A DNA stretch of 62,966 bases, filler included, from Octopus bimaculoides (taxonomy: Eukaryota), in the NCBI RefSeq assembly GCF_001194135.2. It is 5 parts of 5 records of this genome, joined end to end, with 100 filler letters (N's around TTAATTAATTAA, not from the genome) between each part and the next. Parts side by side here need not be neighbours in the genome. Positions count along the whole stretch, not along the records: positions 1 to 5,655 come from NC_069010.1; positions 5,756 to 28,617 come from NC_068993.1; 3 more parts are not named here. One strand, 5' to 3'. The position numbers and the translations under genes are program-made. Each line of letters begins with the position of its first letter. Within the stretch, counting starts at the first letter, position 1. A model generated the notes under the pieces. It worked only from the letters and a program-made list of their open reading frames with translations. It was not told where the DNA came from and ran no database searches. Shown here one piece after another: positions 1-11,237 of this stretch.

Positions 1-5
1 ATATA

Positions 6-43
<38 letters not shown>

Positions 44-90
44 TAGATATATATATGTAAATATACAAATATGTTTAAGTATATATACAC

Positions 91-122
<32 letters not shown>

Positions 123-135
123 ATATATACCACAC
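1..135. repeat. (TA)n/(TG)n compound microsatellite
   Basis: Direct dinucleotide runs; source of the spurious YIYI/CVCV ORFs. Confidence 0.95.
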
Positions 136-334
136 AGTCGTACACACAGATATTATTTTATTATGTTTTTAATTTCTTTCAAAATTTCTTTCTGTTTAAG
201 TTTGTGTTTCTTTGTTTTATTCTTGAACCATTTCCTTCCGCTAGATTCCACCACATTGGAATCAAAAGTAAGAAAAATGATAATAATAAAATTTGAAGAA
301 TTAACCAAATCTGTTTTTCTTCTACTTTGTCTTC

Positions 335-500
335 TACCTTTCACCTGCTTCAATCATTGGACTGCAGCCATGCTGGGCCACTGCCTTGAAGAGTTTTCTC
401 TTTTATCTTTTGCTTGTTTTACTCATTAGACTGTGGCCATGCTGAGGCACCGCTTTGAAGAATTTTGGTCGAATGAATCGACCCTGGTACTTTGTTTTAA
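335..500 (-). mobile_element. Two adjacent 3' tail fragments of SINE family A
   Basis: Two degenerate copies of the tcatt-gactg(c/t)ggccatgctggagcaccgcc motif found in the fuller copies at 43030-43431 and 56310-56732. Confidence 0.75.
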
Positions 501-732
501 GCTTGTTTTAACAACTCCATCCTTGAAGATACAGATTTGCCATCATGAATTTAGCATGATATTTCCCCAGTTGTGATGGTCTAGTTACAAATCAATATGT
601 ACCAGCTACTTTATCATAGACACCAGAGTTTGTCTCTCCCAGTGCGTTCAAATTGTTGCTTTTATTATTCATCCAAAAGCCGATGCAGAAAACATTATGT
701 TGTAAGGCACTTACAACGTAGACTAATAACAG

Positions 733-791
733 ATGAGCTGCGGACAGGAAATTCACTGCAGCCTAGCTGCAGAGAAGGGACTTGCAGTGAG
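733..791 (+). CDS. Candidate exon A of an unidentified host gene (MSCGQEIHCSLAAEKGLAV+AG, ends phase 2)
   Basis: ctaataacAG precedes 733 (weak pyrimidine tract), strong donor GAG|GTGAGT at 792, open frame, phase-compatible with exon 6700-6866. Product not recognised. Confidence 0.45.
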
Positions 792-1084
792 GTGAGTGAA
801 GACTCTGACACCAGATTGCTGATTGTATTTGCCCTCACAAGGTGTAGCTGAATGAAACGAAATAAACAATACACCAACACTCTTGTTCCTGGTTATTTTT
901 TATGTATAGCTTAAAGTTATAACGAACAATAAATAAAGCTTCTGTTAATTGTTTGCGAGTGTTGTTTATCATTTTATATGCAGCCAACAAGCAAGCCCAA
1001 CATGCGACAACCCTTGTATTACTGTTTATGCAGTTCAGCAAATTACCTGGATGAAGGGCAGAAGATTTTTTTTTGCAACATCTC

Positions 1085-1545
1085 TGTTGGTAACAAAAAA
1101 GCCCCTCCCTCAGAATGAAAGGCAGACTGTATGATACCTGTGTGAACAGCCATGCTCCATGGCAGTGAAACGTGGGCTGTGACCGCAGAGGACATGCGAA
1201 GGCTTGAAAGAAATGAAGCTAGTATGCTTCGCTGGATGTGCAATGTCAGTGTGCGCGTATAATAGAGTGTAAGTGCCTTGAGAGAAAAACTGGGCATTAG
1301 AGACATCAGAGGTGATGTGCAAGAGAGACAAATGTGCTGGTATGGTCATGTGATGTGTATGGATGAAGACAGTCGTGTAAAGACGTGCTGGTCTCTAACT
1401 GTGGAGGGAACCTGTGCAAGAGGTAGGCCCAAGAAGACATGGGATGAGATGGTGAAGCATGATCTTCGAATGTTGGGCCTCACGGAGGTGACGACTAATG
1501 ACTGAGACCTTTGGTGATATGCAGTGCTTGAGAAGACTCATCAAA
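1085..1545 (+). mobile_element. RTE-clade LINE, decayed 3' end of the RT ORF
   Basis: Manual translation across a frameshift and stops: SLRMKGRLYDTCV / AMLHGSETWAVTAEDMRRLERNEASMLRWMC...LREKLGIRDI...WYGHVMCM...RGRPKKTW, matching RTE C-terminal motifs (YGSETW, WFGHV, RGRPxxxW). Confidence 0.9.
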
Positions 1546-1619
1546 CCTAGTGATGAGTCTTCTAGCCACAAAAACTTAGGACTCTTAATGACTATGTATT
1601 ATAGTTTGTCTGACAATGA

Positions 1620-1795
1620 AGCCAGTGCCTGTGCCATGTGAAAAGCACCCAGGCCATTCTGTAAGGTGGTTGGCGTTAGAAAGGGCACCCAGCTGTAGAC
1701 GTCATAACCATACCAGACCGTAAAGCCTGGTACAGTCCTGTCAAAGCATCGAACCCATGCCAGTGTGGAAAACAGACGTTAAAGGATGATGGTAA
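1620..1795 (+). mobile_element. RTE-associated 3' UTR / SINE-like repeat
   Basis: ggttggcgttagaaagggcacccagctgtag...catgccagtgtggaaaacagacgttaaaggatgatg directly downstream of the RTE fragment, ending in a GAT-type tail. Confidence 0.6.
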
Positions 1796-1814
1796 TAATT
1801 GAAGGCTTACAAAA

Positions 1815-1925
1815 AAACCCAAAAAAAACGAAGTACTGGAGTCGAACCATTCGACTAAAAAATTATAAGATTCTTCAAGGCGGTGCTCCAGCATGGCCGC
1901 AGTCTTAATGACTGAAAGAAGAAAA
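1815..1925 (+). mobile_element. SINE family A 3' tail fragment
   Basis: gtactggagtcgaaccattcgactaaa...aaggcggtgctccagcatggccgcagtc-aatgactgaaa. Confidence 0.8.
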
Positions 1926-2717
1926 ATATATTTAGCGTAGAAAAAATAATTTGAGGATCTCCTCTCCAATCGCGGACATTGTTAAATGCATATTTTTTAA
2001 TGAAATTTTCCAGAAACACATTTTATTTGACACAGATTACGATTATAGGAGAACAAGAAAACGGGAGTATCTTCCCCTTGACCATAAATTTGGTTAAATA
2101 CATGTTTTTTTTTTAAATAAAACATCCTTGAGATAAGTTTACGAGGTAGATAACGATTAAAACTTTTTTTTTTTCAAATTTTATCAAAATAATCGTATTC
2201 TACATCCTTCAAAAGGCATCCCTGGAATATTTCATTAAAAAAAATGCAATTTAAGAAAATTAAAAGGAAACGTGTATTTGTGGTGATGGTGGTGATGGTG
2301 GTGCAGGTGGTGGTGGTGGCAGACGATAAATTGCTAACGACACCGGAAGAAGCGAGAGCGCTTCATGGCAGTCTTTCTCTCCCCCTCTCTCTCATATACA
2401 TATTATCTTTTACACACTCATTCTCTCTCTCCTTTCTTTTTATATTTTCTCCGTAAAACATTCTCTGTTCTTTCTCTTCCAATAACAATAATCTACTGAT
2501 AATATTTAACAACTAAACAGTTTAGGACTCGTTACTGTCGATAACAAAAACATGATTTTTTTATTACAATTAGCGGCTTTCATGATTTATATATTTTATG
2601 CGGGATCAACTTCCGGGATCGATTACGCTGGCCTCTCCTTCTCCTCTCACTCTCTCTGATAGACCTAGCGCTCTCTTATTTCTCATCTCTTACCACCACC
2701 ACCACCACTACAACCAC

Positions 2718-2935
2718 CGTGTGAGTCATCAGGTGGTCATTGGATCTGTTAGAAATAGCAGCTAAATCTCTCTCAAATTACACACAGTATGTCTTTAAAA
2801 AAAAAAAAAAGAAAATCGGACATATTGGATGATATGATCTTGATCCTAGATTTTATTATTATATCTGAAAAAAACAAACAATAAAAAGACTTGATAGTCA
2901 TGGCTAGAACGTCTTCAACTGGGCTAAACGACAAC
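2718..2935 (+). mobile_element. Dispersed repeat family C (SINE-like, (AAC)n tail); related copies at ~23930-24095, ~52180-52440 and ~60120-60470 (minus)
   Basis: Shared core gttagaaatagcagc(t/c)aaatctc-ctcaaat(c/t)acac and 3' end ...ctaaac(g)acaacaac. Confidence 0.6.
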
Positions 2936-3039
2936 AACGACTGTAATTAAACCAGCATAATCGCCGATGATCATTTTGCATGCCGAGCCGACGGCTGCCC
3001 TGGGCTAAATAATAACAAACATCGCACCGCTCACTTTGG

Positions 3040-3780
3040 CTATCACCACCACCACAATTATGACATTCCTCCACCCTCGCTATCTTCAGCACTTATACGT
3101 GCTTCCCCACCACAGGTGCTACTACCTTACCCACCACCATCGTCCTTCTACGTTCACTATCCACCACCACGTCCATCTCCATCACAAATCCATCCCCACC
3201 CTCTTCAGCACTTACACGCCCCTCCCACCACTACCACTACTGCAACGACGTAGCTGCCGTCGTCTGCACGACAGCGACCTTCCCTCCCACCGCTACTACT
3301 ACATTCACCACCACCATCTTTATCACTAAACTACTACTATAACGTTCTCCGTCCCCGACCTCTTCAACTATTATCACAACTTCCACCACCATCACCACCA
3401 CCTCGGGGACCACTACCACCATCTTCATCAGTAATATATCCCATCAGTAATATATCTTTATATCACTTTCCCTCTCTTTCATCTCTTTGTTTATCTATCC
3501 TTCTCTCTATCTCTATCACTATCTCTCTCCCACCACCACTACCACGTTAATTATTACTTTTATGTTTCTCCTTCGTCTCTCTCTCTCTTTCCTCTTCTAT
3601 CTATCTATCTCTCTGTTCGTCCCTCACTATCTGTCTCTCCCTCTCTCTCTATCTCTCTGTTTGTCCCTCACTATCTGTCTCTCCCTCTCTCTCTATCTCT
3701 CTGTTTGTCCCTCACTCTCTGTCTCCCCCTCTCTCTATGCTTCTCTTCCTCCCACCACAACCACTGCTACCACCTGTTAA
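3040..3780. repeat. Degenerate (CCA/CTA)n tract followed by (CT)n/(CTAT)n/(CTGT)n compound low-complexity DNA
   Basis: Direct inspection; the His/Thr-rich and LSLS ORFs derive from it. Confidence 0.85.
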
Positions 3781-4190
3781 TTGTAAGGAAAAAATGTCGT
3801 CTGGCTTTCACAGCCGTGCAGACGCTGTTCCGGTTTAGCAAATCCATCGATGGTAACATCGCATCATCACCACCATTCCCGGTGCGAATTTCACTGAGAT
3901 TTGTCCGGAACACCTTGCTCCACACAGCTAGCTACCTCATTTCTCCGTCCATCCACCCGTTGTGTATGTTTTGGCTGCTTAACCGTCTGCTGGTTTCGAT
4001 GAAGCCATGTACTCGCTCTTTCAGCTGGTCCGGTTACTCACCGTCGAACAAGATACAGACTCTCCGACTGACTTCCAGCCAAATATTGCCCAGTTTGCGT
4101 GGCGCCAGGCCAGAGACACCAGCCTCTTAGCACTCGTCTGTTCAAATGGTCAGTATATATATATATATATATATAGATGCATGTATGTTA

Positions 4191-4517
4191 GGTACTACTA
4201 AAGCAGCGCGGACCCGAACGCGCAGTCGCGCGTCCGCGCTAGCTAGTCTTGAGTGGTCGATCCTAACCCTAACCCTATCCCTAACCCTAACCCTAACCCT
4301 GTCCCTAACCCTAACCCTAACCCTATCCCTAACCCTAACCCTAACCCTAACCCTGTCCCTAATCCTAACCCTAACCCTATCCCTAACCCGCGTGTGCAAA
4401 TGAATACGTGTTTAGGGTTGGGGTTAGGAATAGGGTTAGGGTTAGGATCGACCACTCACGACTAGCTGGCGCGGACGGGCGACTGCGCGTTCGGGTCCGC
4501 GCTGCTTTAGTAGTACC
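4191..4517. mobile_element. Non-autonomous fold-back element (MULE-like MITE) with ~95-bp TIRs, internal telomeric repeats and a 9-bp TSD
   Basis: TIR ggtactactaaagcagcgcggacccgaacgcgcagtcgc...gagtggtcgatcctaaccctaaccctat at both ends; TGTATGTTA at 4182-4190 and 4518-4526; about 21 CCCTAA-type units at 4261-4388. Confidence 0.9.
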
Positions 4518-4748
4518 TGTATGTTATATATGTATATCTGTGTGTATATATGTTGTGTCTAGGGAGAATCAGGTGCGTATATAGTTGTATGTATAGGTAT
4601 AGGAGGTGTGTGTGTGTGTGTGTGTATATATGGATAAATATTTAGCAAACGTAACGGAATAACTCAAGATCGGAGAGTTTCGTTGGTAATTGCCATCGTA
4701 AGAAACTCGCGGACCTTGAGTCGCCCTGTTTCTTCTGGATATTAATAA

Positions 4749-4954
4749 AATGGTAAATTTTCAGATTAACACCCGCACGATCTTCACTAGGGTCTTAGGG
4801 TCAGGGTTTAGGGTTACGATTAGTGTTAAGGTTACGGTTAGGAACGGAATTCCCTATCCCTAACCGTAACCCTAAACCCTAACCCTAATCCTAAAACCCT
4901 AATCCTAAAACACTAGTGAAAATCGTGCGGGTGTGAATCTGAAAATTTACCATT
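4749..4954. mobile_element. Second fold-back element with telomere-like inner arms
   Basis: aatggtaaattttcagatt(a/c)acacccgcacgat(c/t)ttcactag inverted at both ends; TTAGGG-like on the left, CCCTAA-like on the right; no clear TSD. Confidence 0.8.
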
Positions 4955-5076
4955 AAAGTATATACATATACTCATGTTTTGAATTCTAGTTTTCCTGTGT
5001 GCATCAACGTATATATGCATGCGTGTATGTATGTATGTATGCATGCATGTATGTATGTGTGTATGTATATGTGTGC

Positions 5077-5130
<54 letters not shown>

Positions 5131-5348
5131 GCGAGATTTGTTATTTATGTATATGTTACGTGTGTGTGTGTGTGTGTGTATGCATATTTATATATATATA
5201 CAAATATAAACGTCTGTACATAGAATCGAATGAACATCTATAAATGTAGACATGTTTATATATTTTGTTTACGTCATTGGAAAGATTTAACGAATATGTA
5301 GAACTGCATTTTCATGTTTTCTCTCAGCATATACACACGCTTATATGT

Positions 5349-5380
<32 letters not shown>

Positions 5381-5419
5381 CATGAGCCATTGTGTACAAG
5401 TATGTATTTATATTATTCT

Positions 5420-5615
5420 TTTACTTGTTTCAGTCTTTTGACTGTGGCCATGCTGGAGCACCGCCTTTGGTCGAACAAATCGGTCTAGGACTTACTCTTT
5501 TGTAAGCCTAGTACTTATTCTATCGGTCTCTTTTTGCCGAACCTCTAAGTTGCGGGGACGTAAACACACCAGCATCGACTGTCAAGCGATGGTGGTGGGG
5601 ACTGACAGGGACATA
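5420..5615 (-). mobile_element. SINE family A, 3' half
   Basis: Matches 43030-43220; runs into (CA)n and a gap. Confidence 0.85.
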
Positions 5616-5616
5616 T

Positions 5617-5655
<39 letters not shown>

Positions 5656-5841
5656 NNNNNNNNNNNNNNNNNNNNNNNNNNNNNNNNNNNNNNNNNNNNT
5701 TAATTAATTAANNNNNNNNNNNNNNNNNNNNNNNNNNNNNNNNNNNNNNNNNNNNATATATATTTTTTTCTGCGAAATAGGGGTAGCTTATCCTGTTCAG
5801 GCTATTTCGTTTGTTTGTTTACGTTCATCGTAATTTGAATG

Positions 5842-5885
<44 letters not shown>

Positions 5886-6069
5886 TGTGTGTGTGTGTGT
5901 ATGTGTGAGGGATATATGGATTCATAGAATCGTGTGGCATTCACACAAAGTTCCTCTAATGGACTCGGCTAACAAACCACATACTACTCCAATACGAAGG
6001 CGTATAATGGAGTGTTCTACGCAGCTGGAATCCATGATATCCAATTGATTGCATTATCTCATGCGGAGT

Positions 6070-6452
6070 ATATAAACTACAAAATGTGAAGAGGAATGGC
6101 AGGTGAATATATTTATTTAGCCACTTGACATCCTTGGGATTACCATAGTTACGTATCTTTCTTCATGTAATAATAATTTCAGTATATAATAAATTATAGA
6201 GTTGAACCGTTGGTATAACTATGATGTCTTGGTGATCTGATGAGGTAGCTTTCTTTGTTTGCATTGATTTTAGAATATACAATTGCATTGTATAATGCGT
6301 AGCGTGTACATTAATGTAGAATTGTAAAAATTAAATATCATACACTGAAATTATCATTACATAAAAAAAGGCTGCGAAACGGCCGTAATCCTGAGGATAA
6401 CAAGTGATTAAATATATTCACGTCTCATACCTCCTTACGTTTTATAATTTAC
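6070..6452. mobile_element. Fold-back element containing a hammerhead ribozyme motif
   Basis: Left arm ~6070-6192 is an imperfect reverse complement of right arm ~6333-6452 (gtgaatatattta..cacttg..atcct.(g/a)ggattac...atgtaat.ataatttcagt.tat.ata). Confidence 0.75.
6234..6390 (+). ncRNA. Type I hammerhead ribozyme motif (minimal Penelope-type)
   Basis: GAT-CTGATGA(6237-6243)-G-GTAGCTTT...AAAGGCTGC-GAAAC(6376-6380)-GGCC-GTA-ATC: intact core, palindromic stem III loop, 3-bp stem I, ~120-nt stem II insert. Confidence 0.7.
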
Positions 6453-6462
6453 GTATGTGTGT

Positions 6463-6531
<69 letters not shown>

Positions 6532-6699
6532 TGTGTATGTGTGTGTGTATGTGTGTGTTTATGTGTGTGTTTATGTGTGTGTGTGTGTGTGTGTGTCCGA
6601 GAAAGAAGATTCTGCAATTTCTTGCTAAATAACGTGCATAAACGCTTTGATCAATTGTAATCAAATGCCTGTGCTATGCGTTAATCTCTCTGTCATCAG

Positions 6700-6866
6700 A
6701 TCCACGTTGTACCACACGTCAGATATCGAAGTAATTGCAGAGCAACATCGGAGGAAGAGTACAACGCACCGAGACCACAATGTCGCGATAGCGCATGCAC
6801 CCCTAACCACTTGGCCATATACCATATATGAGGAAACAAATACCTCGCGGAATCAGACAAATGAAA
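6700..6866 (+). CDS. Candidate exon B of the unidentified host gene (..STLYHTSDIEVIAEQHRRKSTTHRDHNVAIAHAPLTTWPYTIYEETNTSRNQTNE..)
   Basis: Acceptor ctctctgtcatcAG, strong donor GAAA|GTAAGT at 6867, 167-nt open frame, phase 2 to phase 1, GC higher than the flanks. Confidence 0.55.
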
Positions 6867-7010
6867 GTAAGTGCCTGAAAAGCGTAGAATTGTAAATCAA
6901 AGCAAAAAAGCAATTATCAAAGAAAGGTACAGGGGAGCCCAAACCGCCAATAAAAGGAATAGAAGAGAAATTGATGCTTCGAGCGATACCTTTTTATTCA
7001 AGAGAAGAAC

Positions 7011-7210
7011 CGTTAGCACGCCGGGCAAAATGCTTAGCGGCATTTCGTTCGTCTTTACGCTTTGAATTCAAATCCTGCCGAGGTCGACTTTGCCTTTCAT
7101 CCTTTCTGGGTCGATAAAATAAGTATCAGTTGAACAATAGGGTCGGTGTAATTGACTTTAACACCGCCCACCCCTGAACACGCTGGCCGGGATCCAAAAT
7201 TTGAAACCAT
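7011..7210 (+). mobile_element. SINE family B
   Basis: gttagcacgccgggcaaaatgcttagcggc...ttcaaatcctgccgaggtcgactttgcctttcatccttt..ggtcgataaaataagta. Confidence 0.85.
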
Positions 7211-8012
7211 TTAAGAGAAGAAAAAGAACTGAGAAGCAAGAGAAAGAGAAAATAAATGAACGTTACTGCATATAAGACATCTATTACTAAGACACTCTAT
7301 TTTCAGTTCATCAGAGAGAAGGAAACAATAGCAGTGTTTTTAAATAATACATTAAATCGCATAAATCAATTCTTAAGTTGTCTTCCGTACTTGCTGGAAT
7401 AATTAAAACTACATTAATCATTCCCGAATACCATTTTTTCCTCGGAGCCTATTTATTTCTACTTAGCTTTTAAATACTTAATAAAAGTATTAACACAACA
7501 TATTAACAGGAGAAACCCTCCGTCTCACTGACAGTTGCGTGTAAAATGTTTTGTTTATAATATATTGATTGAAAGATTGACCAATGAAAGAGGGAAGACA
7601 GTTAAAACGGATGCAACTATGTTTCACCCTACAAAGTGACTGTCCAAGCAGACAGGAGATAAATGACACAAGTTATCGATAGAAATGTACTGGTTTTACT
7701 AAAAAATTAACGAATAGGGTAAACTTAATTTCTAATAGGTGGGGAATGCTGCTAGTTTCAAATAAATGTTATTGAAACATCCAGCATGCTGTCTAAGGAT
7801 TTGGTGAAAAGATTAAAATGAGTATAACTTGAAATAAATACCCTGATTTTAGACTGATATACATATAAGCATCAACACGAATACACATTCACATGGGCAC
7901 ACATACACAGACATACAAACACACATACGCGCGCGCACACACACACACACACATACACACACNNNNNNNNNNNNNNNNNNNNNNNNNNNNNNNNNNNNNN
8001 NNNNNNNNNNNN

Positions 8013-8050
<38 letters not shown>

Positions 8051-9184
8051 GAGAGCGCTAACATGCCATCCTGAAGATAGTGCTTTGGCAATGGCAGTCA
8101 TTTTTATTGAAAGGGATTATTTATATGTATTTTAAGTTTCGTGGCTTTTTCTGTCTTTGTGTTTCCTTTTGTGGGTAGGGAGAGGTTATCTTTACTTGTG
8201 CCTGTCATTCTTTCTTATAAATATGAATATTCTTTTGTCTGCTGTCATTAATAACTACTATTTCTTAATTTGGGGTTATATCTTTATCATTGTTTTCTGA
8301 GTTCTTCATTTTTGTATCCTTTGTTATTCTTTTCTTTTCTTTCTATTAATTTCTATTCATTTATTCCCATTTCTTCAGTCATTATTATATTCATGCTGTT
8401 TATTTTTGTTCATTTATGATTGGTTATATTCTGAATTCTACATCTTCGGCGTGATACTTGTTAGTTCAAATTTGTTTGTATTATTAAGTCTCCATCTATG
8501 ACTATGTCCTTGGTTGTTTATATTGGTTATTATTATTTCTTGTTCAGCTTTTGTTATATTCTAAGTTATTCATATTTGATTATATTCCTTGATCTCTTAT
8601 ATGATTTGTTCATAGTTTGTCGTTCATTCATGTAATTTTTTTTTGTTCATTTACTTTTGTCATTCTCAAATTGAAATATAGTCTTCATTTAATCGCACTC
8701 TTGTTTGGTCATGTTTATCTTCATTTTACTTCATTTGTTTCTGAGTCTACAGTTTTTTGTTTATTACATTAATTTGTTTCTATATTTATGTAGTCTTCTG
8801 CTCTTCTTAAATATACCGCAGTCGTGTCATTTCAATACTTCTCTTCTTTTGTTATAGCCTTGATTTGTCATTTATGGTTCAATTTGTATCCATTTATATT
8901 TGGGTATATGCCCTTCATGAGTGAGTTTAAACTCGGTGCTGCATTTTGGATTTTCTTATTTCTGGTTTTGTTCTGAGTTTTTCATCCTCAGTTATGTTCT
9001 TGGTTATTCATTCTTGATTCTAGTATTCGTTCGCCATTTAAAGTAGGACAAAGTTCTGGTTCTTCGCCTTTGATTATATTCTTAGCACATCATCTTTGCT
9101 TATACACAGTATTTGGTTTTTGGAGATACATACATACACACGTGTATATATGTATATATACATATATATATAGAGAGAGAGGAG

Positions 9185-9197
9185 GAAGAGATACATT

Positions 9198-9273
<76 letters not shown>
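9185..9273. repeat. (GATA)n microsatellite
   Basis: Direct run. Confidence 0.95.
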
Positions 9274-9275
<2 letters not shown>

Positions 9276-10585
9276 CATACTAAATTTAGATTCAGTAGGG
9301 TATATAATATCACTTGCTAAAATCAGAGCCAAGGCTCCAAAACCACCAGAGACTCAATAAATAATGCATCTTTATAATATATATATATATATATTGCTGG
9401 TCATCTTTGATTTATCTACGTTTATAGTTTAAGTATATCCTTGACTTAGTTAATCATCTGAAAGTAGCGTCACTTGAAAGTGTGCTTTGTTCTGCTCTTG
9501 ACGTACTCAGCTGATGGGATGAAGGCATGTTTTCGTTTTCTTAGCTTGCAAGCCTTTAAGTGACTCGTAGAAGTCAGAAAGAAGCTGCTTTCTCCTTTCC
9601 CCACTCCATTTATCCTGTATTGTTGGAAGCGCATTAAAGTCACAATTTTCACAAATTTTCACAAACACTGACTACCGATAGTTTCATCTATCTGGACATT
9701 GACTATTTTCTCATGGTCATTTCAACTAAGCTGCAGTTCGGAAGACACTGTCATGAGGATGATGTGATTATATTCTTAGTCCTGTTTTCTTGGTTGTTTG
9801 TAGTTTTTCATTATTTACACAAACTATTTGTTCTTCATTGTTGTCACTGTTCATATTTGTATATTGTATCATATTTAATTGCAATTTTCTTAAGTTATCT
9901 TTTGTAGATTTTTTTATATTTGGTCATCCTTGCTTGTTTTCTTCTTCAAGTTTTGCTTTGTCTGTCATTTCGTTTTTGTGACATTCTAAGGTTGTGTTTT
10001 AATGCTCTCTTTGTGTTCTACGTTGATTTTATTTCTTACTATTTTTGTTATCATTTTTGTCTTTTAATTTAATAATAATTTTGTGTTTTCACGTGTATTG
10101 ACACTTTTCACTTCATTAAAAATCATTACATATATACCCGCTTCTACAATTATGGTTAAATTGTCCCCCCTTTGGTTATATACTTTGGCCACTCATTTAT
10201 CATTTTGTTCTTTGGTTTTCTTCTTTGATTATATTATCGGTGGTGCGTTTTTGTTATCTACTTAATTCTTATTATACATAGATATTAATATATACATATA
10301 TATGTATACATATATTCATTTATATATATATAGAAATGTATGTATATATATGTGTGTGTGTGTACATACATATATACATGTATGTCTGTGTATCAGATCC
10401 AGGCATCGCGGTGTAGGAAGATAGTTAGCTTCAAGCAATCCGTAGTAAATAATAAAAACAACTTTGTGGTTTATTGAGACGGAAAGTTATTAACTTTTTT
10501 CGTATCGAAGTACGATATGCTGAAGAAAGTTCATTTTATCTTTCACGGTAGGCAACCAGAGTTGCCGGGTATGCTAATAAGAATA

Positions 10586-10879
10586 CAAGAATTAAGGAAT
10601 GGAGTAGATAAAATTCGGGCAATATATGTTTCATAGCGAGTGGAACCTCGAAAGTGGTAAATATCCAAGCGAGGTGCACATCGCAGGCTACTCTTCAAGC
10701 CAAGGACATCGTGATTATATGAAAGTTTACATTGACGCAAGAAGGTACATGTTAACACATGGAAAATTCAGTCAGATTGAATCTTCTGTGTTAAGATGTA
10801 CCTCCTTGCAACAATGTAAACTTCCATATAATCAAGATATTCTTGCCCAGATCTTATCTACTCCATTCCTTAACTCCTG
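10586..10879. mobile_element. Fold-back element with a decayed hammerhead in the left arm only
   Basis: Outer arms ca(a/g)ga(a/g)ttaaggaatggagtagataa; inner hairpin 10713-10833. Minus 10701-10618 reads GGC-TTGAAGA-GTAGC...GCTAT-GAAAC-ATAT-ATT-GCC. Confidence 0.75.
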
Positions 10880-11028
<149 letters not shown>

Positions 11029-11084
11029 TTCTCCATATTTGCTCATGTTTGGTTCATTGATTTAATCTTGATAATTAATACTCC

Positions 11085-11237
11085 AGCTGAGTTCTGAGTT
11101 CAAATTTCCCCGAGGTCGACTTTGATTTTCATCCTTTCAGGGTCGATAAAATGAGTACTGGTTGAATACTGAGGTCCATGTAATCGACGTATCCTCTCCC
11201 TCGAACTTGCTGGCCTTGTGTCAAAATTTGAAATCAA
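11085..11237 (+). mobile_element. SINE family B, 5'-truncated
   Basis: gagttcaaatttccccgaggtcgactttgattttcatcctttcagggtcgataaaatgagtac...aaaatttgaaa. Confidence 0.8.

Noticed and set aside
643-791. Alternative longer exon (tctctcccAG at 642) reading ..DELRTGNSLQPSCREGTCSE, superficially Gla-domain-like
   Set aside because: Lacks the Glu residues that define Gla domains and ends in phase 0, incompatible with exon B. Kept only as an alternative.
4261-4388. (CCCTAA)n as a chromosome end or fusion site
   Set aside because: Internal to a TIR element with a TSD; short and variant-rich.
4146-4465. ORFs with (PN)n, (LG)n, (RV)n, (TL)n repeats
   Set aside because: Translations of the telomeric hexamer arrays inside the MITE.
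5700-5711. TTAATTAATTAA islands centred in N-runs (also 28662-28673, 31860-31871, 40081-40092)
   Set aside because: Identical 12-mer with stops in all frames in the middle of ~100-nt gaps: a scaffolding spacer, not biology.
10586-10879. Classification as a Tc1/mariner MITE from TA-CAG-like ends
   Set aside because: The right TA is part of a (TA)n run, the left end is CAA, and an internal hammerhead-like motif points to a Penelope-type origin. Not fully excluded.
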